This document shows, piece after piece, positions 17,296 through 25,327 of a stretch of 59,163 nt of DNA. Origin of the DNA: a virus. A model generated the notes under the pieces. That model did not search any database, was not told where the DNA came from, and saw nothing but the letters and a program-made list of their open reading frames with translations. Position 1 is the stretch's first letter. Each line of letters opens with the position of its first letter. A program made the translations under genes and the position numbers. The stretch covers positions 1 through 59,163 of the IMG/VR virus record IMGVR_UViG_3300036770_001786; one strand, written 5' to 3'.

Positions 17296-17662
17296 TTTTC
17301 AGCAGCTTTCGCAGGGCGTTGGACACCCGCATCTTGGCCACTCCCCTATTGGGGGCGGTCGTGACCAGGGTGGGGTCAATCCTGTGCCGCTTGCACAGGG
17401 CGACCAGATCCTCGTCCGAGAAGCACTCCCGAACCATCCGGGAGGCCTCGTCTTGGGGTCCAGCTACTACCCTAGGTACCGACCCCTTCGAGCCCGACGG
17501 AGAGGCTCCGGAGGCCTTCGGCGTGGCCTTGATCCCTAGCGCCTTCAGTGGCATGGGCTTCGGCAACCGGGCCGGGTCGCACACCACCGGGGAGGTGGGT
17601 GCGGTGGCCTTCATGTGGTCGATGAACTCCTGGTCGGTCATGTCGCGGGTCAGCTTAGGCAT
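17282..17662 (-). CDS. Hypothetical protein; its C-terminal NRGVAKMRVSNALRKLL motif is paralogous to 18072..18623
   Basis: 126-aa ORF with a Pro/Ser/Ala-rich middle. Confidence 0.7.
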   Translation of the reverse strand: MPKLTRDMTDQEFIDHMKATAPTSPVVCDPARLPKPMPLKALGIKATPKASGASPSGSKGSVPRVVAGPQDEASRMVRECFSDEDLVALCKRHRIDPTLVTTAPNRGVAKMRVSNALRKLLKNATA

Positions 17663-18044
17663 AGTAAAGCTCCGGTTGGGGTTTAGTGACGTTGCCTATT
17701 CGCATGAACCCTCGGGGCATGACGATCCAGCACTCGTCGTCTTGTGATTTTATCATGTCGCCGACCGAAATCGAGTGCATGGGGGCACGTCGCATGATTT
17801 TGCCTTCGGGTCCGCAATTGCCGATCTCGAAGACCTCCTCCAGCGACTCGGCCTCGATCGCGGCCACGTACTGGTACTTTCGCACGTCTTGCAGCAGCTG
17901 CTCGTAAAACTTCAGTCGCAGGTGGGTCATGTCGGGCACGCCGTTGATGGAGCTTTCGCCCCAAAGGTCGTAAAGCGCGTTTTGCACGTCGAAAAACGCC
18001 TGGGGGGTGGGGGCTTGGTGAATCGCGAAGTAGCTCATTTTCAT
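17655..18044 (-). CDS. Hypothetical protein (YodL-like motif, tentative)
   Basis: SLEEVFEIGNCGPEGKIMRRAPMHSISVGDMI...WIVMPRGFMRI resembles the YodL-like domain pattern I recall from mobile elements. Confidence 0.65.
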   Translation of the reverse strand: MKMSYFAIHQAPTPQAFFDVQNALYDLWGESSINGVPDMTHLRLKFYEQLLQDVRKYQYVAAIEAESLEEVFEIGNCGPEGKIMRRAPMHSISVGDMIKSQDDECWIVMPRGFMRIGNVTKPQPELYYA

Positions 18045-18071
18045 TGTCCTCTATCGTATTGGTGGGGGTGA

Positions 18072-18623
18072 TTAAACGGTGGCGGGTGCCGAAATGGCAC
18101 GGTAGTGGGCGCGCAGCTTGTTGCCCAGGTTCATGCGTTGCATGCCGGCATTCAGGTGGCCGTACCGGGCACGGAGCGACTCGACCGACTCCTGCACCTC
18201 TTTCGCCACGGCCTTGTAGACGAATTCAAGGGCAAGGCAGCGCAGGACCTGTGCCACGCCGTCGCCGTTGTCGAAGGAAGACTTCGTGCCGCGCTTGTAC
18301 GACTGGTACTTGCCCAGGTAGGCCGAGTCGATCACGCCATTCTTGCGCTCCGAGAGCGGCTTGCGAGCCCGGGGTGCGGCAGGAGTACGACCGGCCTTGG
18401 CCGTGGGCTTCTTGGGCTCAGGAAGGGCATTGGCGGCGGTGGCCTGGGCGAAGATCTCGGTCACCGGGGTGCTGGTAGCACGGACGGTGACGGGTTGCAG
18501 CTGAGCGGCACGGAAGGAGCGGGTGGTGCCGTCGGCCATGCGAAGCGTGGTCCAACCCTTCTCGACCTTGACGACTTCGTGGGTGGTGCCGGCTTTGATG
18601 ATCATTGCGTGTTGTGTGTTCAT
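18072..18623 (-). CDS. Hypothetical protein; C-terminal HLNAGMQRMNLGNKLRAHY motif
   Basis: 183 aa, first gene behind promoter 18668-18696, with the ATAGAGGAC leader. Confidence 0.75.
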   Translation of the reverse strand: MNTQHAMIIKAGTTHEVVKVEKGWTTLRMADGTTRSFRAAQLQPVTVRATSTPVTEIFAQATAANALPEPKKPTAKAGRTPAAPRARKPLSERKNGVIDSAYLGKYQSYKRGTKSSFDNGDGVAQVLRCLALEFVYKAVAKEVQESVESLRARYGHLNAGMQRMNLGNKLRAHYRAISAPATV

Positions 18624-18667
18624 TTTGACTGTCCTCTATTAAGTGATTGAAAGTACTACGAAACTGA

Positions 18668-18696
18668 ATTATAGCACGGGTGAAATAGGCTGTCAA
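18668..18696 (-). promoter_or_regulatory. Sigma70 super-consensus early promoter
   Basis: Minus strand reads ACTTGACA-gcctatttcacccg-TGc-TATAAT: -35 at 18696-18691, 17-nt spacer, extended -10, -10 at 18673-18668. Confidence 0.8.
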
Positions 18697-18702
18697 GTAC
18701 CC

Positions 18703-19122
18703 CTATTCGACGCTCTCCTCGGGCAGCTCGGTGTACCCCATTTCCGCCCAGGCCGCGACCAGTTCGACGTCGTCCGAGTGCCTGTTGATCGCCCGGTGGT
18801 CCCCGGCGTCCATCAGGGCCTCGATGGTGCGCATCCTATCGGCGGACTCCAAGAAGAGGTCCCAATAGGCCACGAGGATCTCCTCCCGCTGCTCCCGGGT
18901 GAGTGCCGACTGTTCGGGGGGCAGGATATTGAACGGACCCTCGAAGAACGAGCGAAGGTCGGGGACTAGGTTGCCGGCGCTATGGAGGTTGATCCGACGC
19001 ACATATTCGCCGAGTTCAAGCGCATCGATCCCTTCCAGTCGCTCGAATTCTTGAGCAAGGTCCAGGACTGCCTGCCAGTAGGTCACTTGCTGCTTGGGGT
19101 ATTGGGGTTTTGTCGTGTTCAT
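18703..19122 (-). CDS. Hypothetical protein (139 aa, acidic)
   Basis: ORF start-coupled to the upstream gene at 19122. Confidence 0.75.
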   Translation of the reverse strand: MNTTKPQYPKQQVTYWQAVLDLAQEFERLEGIDALELGEYVRRINLHSAGNLVPDLRSFFEGPFNILPPEQSALTREQREEILVAYWDLFLESADRMRTIEALMDAGDHRAINRHSDDVELVAAWAEMGYTELPEESVE

Positions 19123-19391
19123 TATACGGTCTCCTTGTCGGTAAGCTCTTGATGGTAGGACAGCGGCGAGTGAAGCAGCATGTTTATCAGGGCCTGCATG
19201 GTGGCATCGCGCATCACCTGCACGCCTTGCAGATTATAGAGCGTCCACTCCCCACGCTTGTAGCTCTGGGCGAAAAAGACGTGCACAAGCTTATTCTGCG
19301 CGCGGTCTACTACCTGGATTTTGTAATTACCCTTGCTCCTCTGGGTCAGGTACAGGGTGTGCGAATCGGGGGCGTATTGTACGTAATTCAT
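19122..19391 (-). CDS. Hypothetical protein (89 aa)
   Basis: ATG 19391 is preceded by AATAGAGGACAGACGAA. It lies behind promoter 19435-19464. Confidence 0.75.
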   Translation of the reverse strand: MNYVQYAPDSHTLYLTQRSKGNYKIQVVDRAQNKLVHVFFAQSYKRGEWTLYNLQGVQVMRDATMQALINMLLHSPLSYHQELTDKETV

Positions 19392-19422
19392 TTCGTCTGT
19401 CCTCTATTAGGTTATCAAAGCA

Positions 19423-19836
19423 CTACGAAACTGAATTATAGCATGGGTGGGCTAATTGTGTCAAGTGGGGTAGCTCGACCGGTCGGACGCGGCCTCGCAG
19501 AATCTGCTCGTAGTACGCGTTGACCACAATTTCGAGCATCACGGGCTCGATCGCATCGGCCAGCAGCGTGAGGTTCATGTGGTACTGGTCGTAAGTCCCG
19601 TACTTCAGGTCACCCCGAAAGTCGGTGACCTTAATGCGAAAAACCGGCCACACCTCTTTACTTTCGTTTGCCAGATCCTCGTGGTGCAAATCCCAATAGA
19701 CGTTGGACGCGCGACGAAATCGTTCAAGCGCTTTGTTCGCATAGGGCATTTTTACCTTGCCCACGAATGGTATCAGGTCGTTCAGGGGTTGCAGCAGGTG
19801 CTGATAAGGCGAATTGCCGTCGATGAAGCGTTTCAT
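19423..19836 (-). CDS. Hypothetical protein (137 aa)
   Basis: ATG 19836 is preceded by CATAGAGGACTCTTACGAA. Confidence 0.7.
   Translation of the reverse strand: MKRFIDGNSPYQHLLQPLNDLIPFVGKVKMPYANKALERFRRASNVYWDLHHEDLANESKEVWPVFRIKVTDFRGDLKYGTYDQYHMNLTLLADAIEPVMLEIVVNAYYEQILRGRVRPVELPHLTQLAHPCYNSVS
19435..19464 (-). promoter_or_regulatory. Sigma70 super-consensus early promoter
   Basis: ACTTGACA (19464-19459), 18-nt spacer ending TGc, TATAAT (19440-19435). It is embedded in the 3' end of ORF 19423..19836. Confidence 0.75.
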
Positions 19837-19997
19837 TTCGTAAGAGTCCTCTATGTGAATGATTGCAAAAAAAGTGGTGCCGCTACCGACTCCCGAAGCC
19901 CAAGACCGACTCTCACATCCGTCCCCACTTTCGGGGTCAGACTCACCCTACGAAAGGGGGAAAGAGCGAGTCCGACAAGCAGCAGCACCGCACGCCG

Positions 19998-20006
19998 ATT
20001 ATAGCA
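19998..20006 (-). promoter_or_regulatory. Extended -10 promoter TGcTATAAT overlapping the DUF932 stop codon
   Basis: Minus strand reads aTGCTATAATcgg. No good -35. It is followed by a 160-nt untranslated leader. Confidence 0.45.
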
Positions 20007-20985
20007 TAGCGAGTGCCTGAGCGTACGCCTTGTCTTTCAGTCGTGCCCCAGAGCCGAACCACGCCGATTGCAGGCGCGAGTCGTTCGAGGATGACTTGCG
20101 CTCGTGGTCGACGAATCGGGTGAAGGCGTTCACCAGTCCCCAGGCAGTGCCCTGTGCCGTTTTCGTGTTCTGGCCGATCCCGTTCAGGTAGATCTCGGTC
20201 ACGAGCTTGAGCATCGGACGGGTGACAGTTGTCTCCTCTTCGTCGATCTCGTCCTGGTCGTACAGTACCTGAGTGATGAAGCGTGCAGCTTCCTCTTTCG
20301 ACACTTCGCGCTTCGACAGCTCGACCGCATCCTTTTTGAATCGCTCCCACGATCCACCGATCAGCCCCAGGCGGGTCTTGATAAGCTCGGCGTTGAATTT
20401 CGTGCTATGCGGAATCCGAACCTGCCCTTCGTCCTGGCGTGATGCGGCCATGGACAGCGTGTTATTGCAGACGACGCGGATCGTCTCGAACTGAGCCAGA
20501 TTCGACAGCGAGCCATCGCAGGAGGATGCGAGCAGCAGATAGGGCAGCACCCGATCACCGCCACCCACGTCGAACGAATCGTCGGCCTTGGCCAATGCCC
20601 AATAGGTAGAACCACCGCGTAGCTGCCCTGCCGTCTCCATCTTGAACCCACCGATCTCGATAAGTTCGCGGAAAAACTCCATCACCTGCCGGGGTTGCGT
20701 GATCTGGTAATTGCTGCTCATCACCGAGAGCGGGTTCCCATTGTCCGAGCGGTAGAGTGCCCACCGATTGGGGACGGTGCGAATGCAGACCGGCGCATTT
20801 TCGTCGTCGCGCTGCTCGAAGTGAATGGGTGCGCGCTTGACTTCCCAATTAAAGCCCGCAGCTTCTACCCACGTGTTAAGATCAGCGTCCGCGTCGAGCT
20901 GCTGCCCCAGGCCGTGCCAGGGCTTTTCGCCCGTGTAAGCCATTGCCGCGTTACCGTCTGCCTTGAATGCGAGTTCATGTGCCAT
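19999..20985 (-). CDS. DUF932-family protein (phage/plasmid-like protein)
   Basis: 328 aa. EKPWHGLG...NWEV...SSNYQITQPRQVMEFF..., VVCNNTL and the C-terminal WFGSGARLKDKA fit my memory of DUF932/TIGR03299. Confidence 0.7.
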   Translation of the reverse strand: MAHELAFKADGNAAMAYTGEKPWHGLGQQLDADADLNTWVEAAGFNWEVKRAPIHFEQRDDENAPVCIRTVPNRWALYRSDNGNPLSVMSSNYQITQPRQVMEFFRELIEIGGFKMETAGQLRGGSTYWALAKADDSFDVGGGDRVLPYLLLASSCDGSLSNLAQFETIRVVCNNTLSMAASRQDEGQVRIPHSTKFNAELIKTRLGLIGGSWERFKKDAVELSKREVSKEEAARFITQVLYDQDEIDEEETTVTRPMLKLVTEIYLNGIGQNTKTAQGTAWGLVNAFTRFVDHERKSSSNDSRLQSAWFGSGARLKDKAYAQALAML

Positions 20986-21030
20986 TTTGAAGTGTCCTCT
21001 ATTAAGTGATTAAAAGGTAAAGCAACCCGT

Positions 21031-21059
21031 ATTATAGCACAGGTGCTCTACCCTGTCAA
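21031..21059 (-). promoter_or_regulatory. Sigma70 super-consensus early promoter
   Basis: ACTTGACA (21059-21054), 17-nt spacer ending TGc, TATAAT (21036-21031). Confidence 0.8.
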
Positions 21060-21070
21060 GTCGTCCGATC

Positions 21071-21139
21071 CTAGTAGAACAGAATCACCAGGATCAGGTA
21101 AATGATGAAAAGTACGGCAACAATGCCGAGCGCTTCCAT
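21071..21139 (-). CDS. 22-aa hydrophobic micro-ORF MEALGIVAVLFIIYLILVILFY
   Basis: ATG 21139 sits 5 nt after GGGAGGAAGTC (a strong SD). The peptide is a single predicted TM helix and is too short for the ORF track. Confidence 0.5.
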   Translation of the reverse strand: MEALGIVAVLFIIYLILVILFY

Positions 21140-21153
21140 GACTTCCTCCCTTG

Positions 21154-21438
21154 TCATACGAGTTCCATTTGGCGAAGGTTCATGACCTCCACCTCCTTCG
21201 AGTTCGCATCGAGCCACTCCACGCCGAGCCGGTCGCGCACTTTGTCCATGTCGACCTGGGGGCGGGTGGTGAACACCACTTCGATCTGGTGGTGCTCGCC
21301 GGCGTAGATCCCGGCACCATTCGCACGGAATGCCTCTTTTAGCGTCTTCTCCCGGGCGGTGAGTGAGCGTAGCTGGTCGCGAATCGTCGCGAGTTCGTCC
21401 ACCATGGCCTCGGTAATTACGGGTTTCTTCGTCTTCAT
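21154..21438 (-). CDS. Hypothetical protein (94 aa)
   Basis: ATG is preceded by AATAGAGGACAGACCCGAA. It lies behind promoter 21484-21512. Confidence 0.75.
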   Translation of the reverse strand: MKTKKPVITEAMVDELATIRDQLRSLTAREKTLKEAFRANGAGIYAGEHHQIEVVFTTRPQVDMDKVRDRLGVEWLDANSKEVEVMNLRQMELV

Positions 21439-21483
21439 TTCGGGTCTGTCCTCTATTGGGTTATAAAAGTACTACGAACCCGT

Positions 21484-21512
21484 ATTATAGCACGGGTCCG
21501 GTAATTTGTCAA
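21484..21512 (-). promoter_or_regulatory. Sigma70 super-consensus early promoter
   Basis: ACTTGACA (21512-21507; the TGA stop of gene 21509..21907 lies inside it), 17-nt spacer ending TGc, TATAAT (21489-21484). Confidence 0.8.
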
Positions 21513-21907
21513 GTCGAGAATGCGTCGTACCGCTTGACCATCTCTTTGTACGCGACGTGCGACGGGTCTTCAGGTCGATTGAGCTGGTCGGCCACCAATT
21601 TCGCGTACCCGGCGATGTCGGTCCAAGAGTCCTCGTGGTCAGGGTTCCCGCAGACGATTCGGGCCATCTTCGTGCAGATCAGTTCGAGCGACTCCCACTG
21701 GTAGGGTGCTACCCGACCGGAACCAGCAGCCTCACGGAGCGTGTCCTTGAGTTCCTGCGCGACTTGAGCCATCATCTTGAAATCTCCGTATTGTTCCCCG
21801 CGTTGTGCCAGCACGTGATGCACGTCAGTCACAGGTATTGGTACCATAGTTTCTATACCCGGCTCTATAGTAAAACCGCTCGTAATCTCAACCATTGATT
21901 CCCCCAT
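21509..21907 (-). CDS. Small all-alpha phage protein (DUF6378-like, tentative)
   Basis: RGEQYGDF...LELICTKMARIVCGNPDHEDSWTDIAGYAKL matches a YG..F / K..R / DSW.D.aGYA pattern I recall from phage nucleotide-metabolism neighbourhoods. Confidence 0.6.
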   Translation of the reverse strand: MGESMVEITSGFTIEPGIETMVPIPVTDVHHVLAQRGEQYGDFKMMAQVAQELKDTLREAAGSGRVAPYQWESLELICTKMARIVCGNPDHEDSWTDIAGYAKLVADQLNRPEDPSHVAYKEMVKRYDAFST

Positions 21908-21921
21908 TTCTATACCCCTCT

Positions 21922-23133
21922 CTAGGCAGCTGCTGCCGCGAGTCCACCACGACGATAACGGCCTTTGAAGTCCACGGCGGGGTCACGCGAGCCCCGGAGA
22001 ATGCTTTCTGCGATCTCCTCGGGCGTCAACCCTAGCTGCAGTCCCCGAGTCGCTGCTTCGGTCGTGAGAGCCCTTCCGAGAGCACCCGCACCGAGCCCAC
22101 CGGGTGCCGCTGCCTTGTCCTTGCTTTGTTGAATCACCGGGCCTACGATGCTCTGCAATCTCTTCGTTTCAGCCGGGTGCAGGCTTTGCTCATATCCCGG
22201 AATCCGCGATTGGCGAGCGCGAAACGCGTTCAGCAGCTCCAGATACCCCGCTGCACCCATAGGGTTGTCAATCGCTCCCTTGGCGAGATTTCCGGTCGAG
22301 GCACTAATCATCTGATTGATCCGCTTGTCATACAGATCCGTGGTCCCCAACAGCTGAGACAGATACGCACGCGCGTCGTTCTCTTGCGCTAGTCGATCCC
22401 CTGGCATCCCGAATATCCGGTTGCTCAAACCTTCACTCGGAAACCCCGTACCCTTCTCACTGGTGGGCATCACATTCCTGAGTGATCCTTGAGCGTAGGC
22501 AGTGTTAGCGACGTTTAATGGACGACGCAACGCGTTACGGGAGGTGAGCGCATCAGCCACATTCAAATCCCCGGACGAGCGCATCAGGTCGTAAAGCATC
22601 TGGTATCCCTGGCTCCCCGCCCCCTCGGGCGCAGCAAGAGCACCAAAGTGCATAGGCCGAGGCTCGGGTCCCCCTGCGAATCGACCGAGGTGCAGATTCG
22701 CCATCATCCTCGTCACACCCGGATAAAGCTTCGGATCCAGGACGTACTTATCTTCGTCAATCGTGAAGTACTTGCGGTCGGATCGTAGGATGTCGTCCAT
22801 GCGATCGCCGTAATCTTTCGCCAGAGTACTCTGTGGGAAAAAGCGAACTCTTGAATTCAGCGGAAGTCGAGATCCGAGGGCAGGCTTCATCATCGAAGTG
22901 TCCGACATGTCCATGATGTCGGCTGCATACGGCTCACCCGAGGGCAGTTTGCCGAGCATCTCGTTCTCGGAGTAAAACTGCACGATCTCGCCGGGCGTCA
23001 TTCCCTCGGTCTGCTGTCGCTTGGCCACCGGTACCTTCGCCGATTCCGGCACTTGCCGCACTATCTCCTGGTGGGTCTTGCCAATTCCGGTCAAGAGATC
23101 TACAAGGGACATGGCACGCTTGCTCTTACTCAT
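21922..23133 (-). CDS. Hypothetical 403-aa protein ending FKGRYRRGGLAAAAA
   Basis: ATG 23133 is preceded by GAGGTG. It overlaps the HDAC-like gene end by 8 nt, which suggests coupling. I recognise no family. Confidence 0.75.
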   Translation of the reverse strand: MSKSKRAMSLVDLLTGIGKTHQEIVRQVPESAKVPVAKRQQTEGMTPGEIVQFYSENEMLGKLPSGEPYAADIMDMSDTSMMKPALGSRLPLNSRVRFFPQSTLAKDYGDRMDDILRSDRKYFTIDEDKYVLDPKLYPGVTRMMANLHLGRFAGGPEPRPMHFGALAAPEGAGSQGYQMLYDLMRSSGDLNVADALTSRNALRRPLNVANTAYAQGSLRNVMPTSEKGTGFPSEGLSNRIFGMPGDRLAQENDARAYLSQLLGTTDLYDKRINQMISASTGNLAKGAIDNPMGAAGYLELLNAFRARQSRIPGYEQSLHPAETKRLQSIVGPVIQQSKDKAAAPGGLGAGALGRALTTEAATRGLQLGLTPEEIAESILRGSRDPAVDFKGRYRRGGLAAAAA

Positions 23134-23950
23134 AACACACCTCATCGCAAATATTCAACGTCTGCAGGTGAATGTCGACCACTTTTTGCGTTGGGTGTGA
23201 GTAGCCACCTGCTAGATTCCACACCAGAGGCGTCTTGAAATCACGTGCTGCCTGGAAGATCGCCCGATCTCGCATCGCCAATTGCTCCATCGACAGGTAC
23301 CCCGCGTTGTACGGGTCCTGGTCCCAGGCGTCGGCGCCTGCCTGATAAAAAATTATACCCGGCCTGTAGTGGCTTAGCAAGTCCGACACCCACTGATGCC
23401 ATATGTTCTGTACCGTCCAATTCGCCATCTGCTCCTTGAACCCCCGCCCCCGGGTGATGTTGGTCACCTGCTTTTCGAGCCGCAGCTCCTCGATTATGTC
23501 ATCCGTCCCATCCCCCAGGTGCGCATCCCCGTCCAGAATCAGAATTTTGCCGGCCTTCTCCACCAGATCCGCAGCGGCGATCATAAGCCCGTTGAACGTG
23601 CAGTACCCATACCCGTTGTTGTAGTGTGCATGGTGGAACCCCTGCGAGGCCGAGCAGGTCACGATGCGGTTTTCGAGCGCGTGGCGGGCGGCGGCAAGGA
23701 AGGAGGCGTTTGAGTACCGAAGCGACTCGTTCACGCTCGGGTTCCTGTTCCCGAATCCGTTGACTGTGCGCTGCGAGAACACGTTGTGCACGTACTTCGG
23801 CTCATGTGCTCGCATGAACTGCTGATCGGAGAACGGCTCGAAGTCCGAGTGCGGGAACCGCATGGACTGGTCGACAAACATCGGGATCTTCGACAGCGAA
23901 ACGAAGTCGTAGGACGAGCGCTGCTTCGGGTGAAAGAATATGGGGGTCAT
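23126..23950 (-). CDS. Zn-dependent deacetylase of the HDAC / acetylpolyamine amidohydrolase (arginase-fold) family
   Basis: The catalytic motifs are intact: GFHHA, GYCTFNG, ILILDGDAHLGDGT, YQAGADAWDQDP and NLAGGYS. Confidence 0.8.
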   Translation of the reverse strand: MTPIFFHPKQRSSYDFVSLSKIPMFVDQSMRFPHSDFEPFSDQQFMRAHEPKYVHNVFSQRTVNGFGNRNPSVNESLRYSNASFLAAARHALENRIVTCSASQGFHHAHYNNGYGYCTFNGLMIAAADLVEKAGKILILDGDAHLGDGTDDIIEELRLEKQVTNITRGRGFKEQMANWTVQNIWHQWVSDLLSHYRPGIIFYQAGADAWDQDPYNAGYLSMEQLAMRDRAIFQAARDFKTPLVWNLAGGYSHPTQKVVDIHLQTLNICDEVCYE

Positions 23951-23982
23951 CGTATGTCCTCTATAGTGGTTAAGAATCCGCG

Positions 23983-24012
23983 ATTATACCACGGACGATA
24001 TACCCAGGTCAA
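23983..24012 (-). promoter_or_regulatory. Sigma70 early promoter TTGACC-18-TATAAT
   Basis: The -35 at 24012-24007 contains the TGA stop of gene 24009..24263. The -10 is at 23988-23983. The leader carries CTATAGAGGACATACG. Confidence 0.7.
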
Positions 24013-24263
24013 CGGGGCTGCTTGTTCGCCCACAGTTCGAGGCACGTCTGCTCAAGCTCCAGGCCGGCGGGATTCGTCTTGAGTGCATCCTTATGCCCCA
24101 TGTTGTAGGCCTGGATAATGTCTTTGGGCATGTTCACCGCGCTGGGGTCAGGCGTCGCCATCAGCCGCTCAAAAGCCAGCACCGTGAGCAGCATCATGAC
24201 ACTACCGAAAAACGCCCCCATCCAGAAAGGCTCGTTCTTCATCTCCTGTAGCTCCTGTATCAT
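24009..24263 (-). CDS. Small membrane protein (one TM: WMGAFFGSVMMLLTVLAF)
   Basis: 84 aa with an ATGA overlap with the upstream gene. Confidence 0.7.
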   Translation of the reverse strand: MIQELQEMKNEPFWMGAFFGSVMMLLTVLAFERLMATPDPSAVNMPKDIIQAYNMGHKDALKTNPAGLELEQTCLELWANKQPR

Positions 24264-24565
24264 TCGATTACACTCGCTTTCGTAAGTTTACCATTCTCGT
24301 CGAATTCGACCTCAAGATTCGGCTTGAACGTACCCACCGAGCGTGCGCGACGATAATGCAGGGAAACGCTCCCTCTCTTGGCATTGCGGTCGATGCGCAC
24401 CTTGTACGCCAGATCGGCGGGCGCGGGCTTCACCCGGTGTGGAATCAGCGGCGTGAAGATCGGCGTGTCATCATCGACCCACTTCTTCGTCTGAACGTCG
24501 AAGTATTGAACTTCTGCTCCCTCTGCCCACTGCTTAATTACTTCCGCGTGCGGATGCTTCTTCAT
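24260..24565 (-). CDS. Hypothetical protein (101 aa)
   Basis: ATG 24565 is preceded by GGAGGTG at 6 nt. The longer track ORF (to 24676) has a Trp/Arg-rich, unlikely N-terminus. Confidence 0.65.
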   Translation of the reverse strand: MKKHPHAEVIKQWAEGAEVQYFDVQTKKWVDDDTPIFTPLIPHRVKPAPADLAYKVRIDRNAKRGSVSLHYRRARSVGTFKPNLEVEFDENGKLTKASVIE

Positions 24566-24770
24566 GTCTAACACCTCCGTTGGTCTCACTGAAAAGATCC
24601 ATTTGTCCACTATCCACTCGATCCACCTCATCAACCACCTCCATCTGTGCCTCACGTGTTGTAAATCGAATCCCACACTCCAAGCACTCGCGACGTCTAC
24701 GCACCGTGTTTACCGCATTTTGATAGGTCGTAGTCACGCGGGTGTCACCACCACAAGAAACGCATCTCAT
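24534..24770 (-). CDS. NrdR-like zinc-ribbon protein lacking the ATP-cone
   Basis: MRCVSCGGDTRVTTTYQNAVNTVRRRRECLECGIRFTTRE compares with E. coli NrdR MHCPFCFAVDTKVIDSR...VRRRRQCLVCNERFTTFE. It is only 78 aa, so no ATP-cone can be present. Confidence 0.7.
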   Translation of the reverse strand: MRCVSCGGDTRVTTTYQNAVNTVRRRRECLECGIRFTTREAQMEVVDEVDRVDSGQMDLFSETNGGVRHEEASARGSN

Positions 24771-25327
24771 TTGAATATCCTCACATGCAGAATTCGCTCG
24801 CAGATGATCTGCGTGGCGAAGTACAGAGACAGCTCCGGATGCATCTCCACCGATGCATTGGCGAGTTGGTTTATCGATTGCTCGATTCTAATCAGCACCT
24901 CCTTCGCGTGAATCCCCACCCCGTTATCCTGCAGGAAGTACGCGGCCTCGATCATGTCGGCGAGCTTCACAATCGTCTCGATCGGAGTCCCCTTCACCCG
25001 CATATGTCGTGCGTGATAGTCCGGGTCGGCGATCTTTTCCGCGTCGTTTATGATAGACTCACCACCCGCCTGCCGCAAGCACTCTTTGAAGGGCGACGCC
25101 AAGTCCCCGGTCTTGACCTCGATCAGGTCATGGAACATCGCCCAATGCATGAGTTCTAACCGCTGCTGCGGCACCTGGAGTCCGGGCCACTTGCCGTGCA
25201 GGGCGAGTTCCCCGGCCAGAATACAGACGTGGAAAGAATGCTCGGCCAGGGTCTGCGTGCGTGACGTCTGCACAATCTGCCACCGCTTCACATGGCCGGC
25301 GCGTAGCTGCTCAGTTAATGTTAACAT
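24767..25327 (-). CDS. datZ: HD-domain phosphohydrolase (YfbR-like), DatZ-like dATP hydrolase by context
   Basis: RWQIVQTSRTQTLAEHSFHV...AMFHDLIEVKTGDLASP carries the H...HD...D metal motifs. It lies in the same operon as the PurZ-like and MazG-like genes. Confidence 0.7.
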   Translation of the reverse strand: MLTLTEQLRAGHVKRWQIVQTSRTQTLAEHSFHVCILAGELALHGKWPGLQVPQQRLELMHWAMFHDLIEVKTGDLASPFKECLRQAGGESIINDAEKIADPDYHARHMRVKGTPIETIVKLADMIEAAYFLQDNGVGIHAKEVLIRIEQSINQLANASVEMHPELSLYFATQIICERILHVRIFK

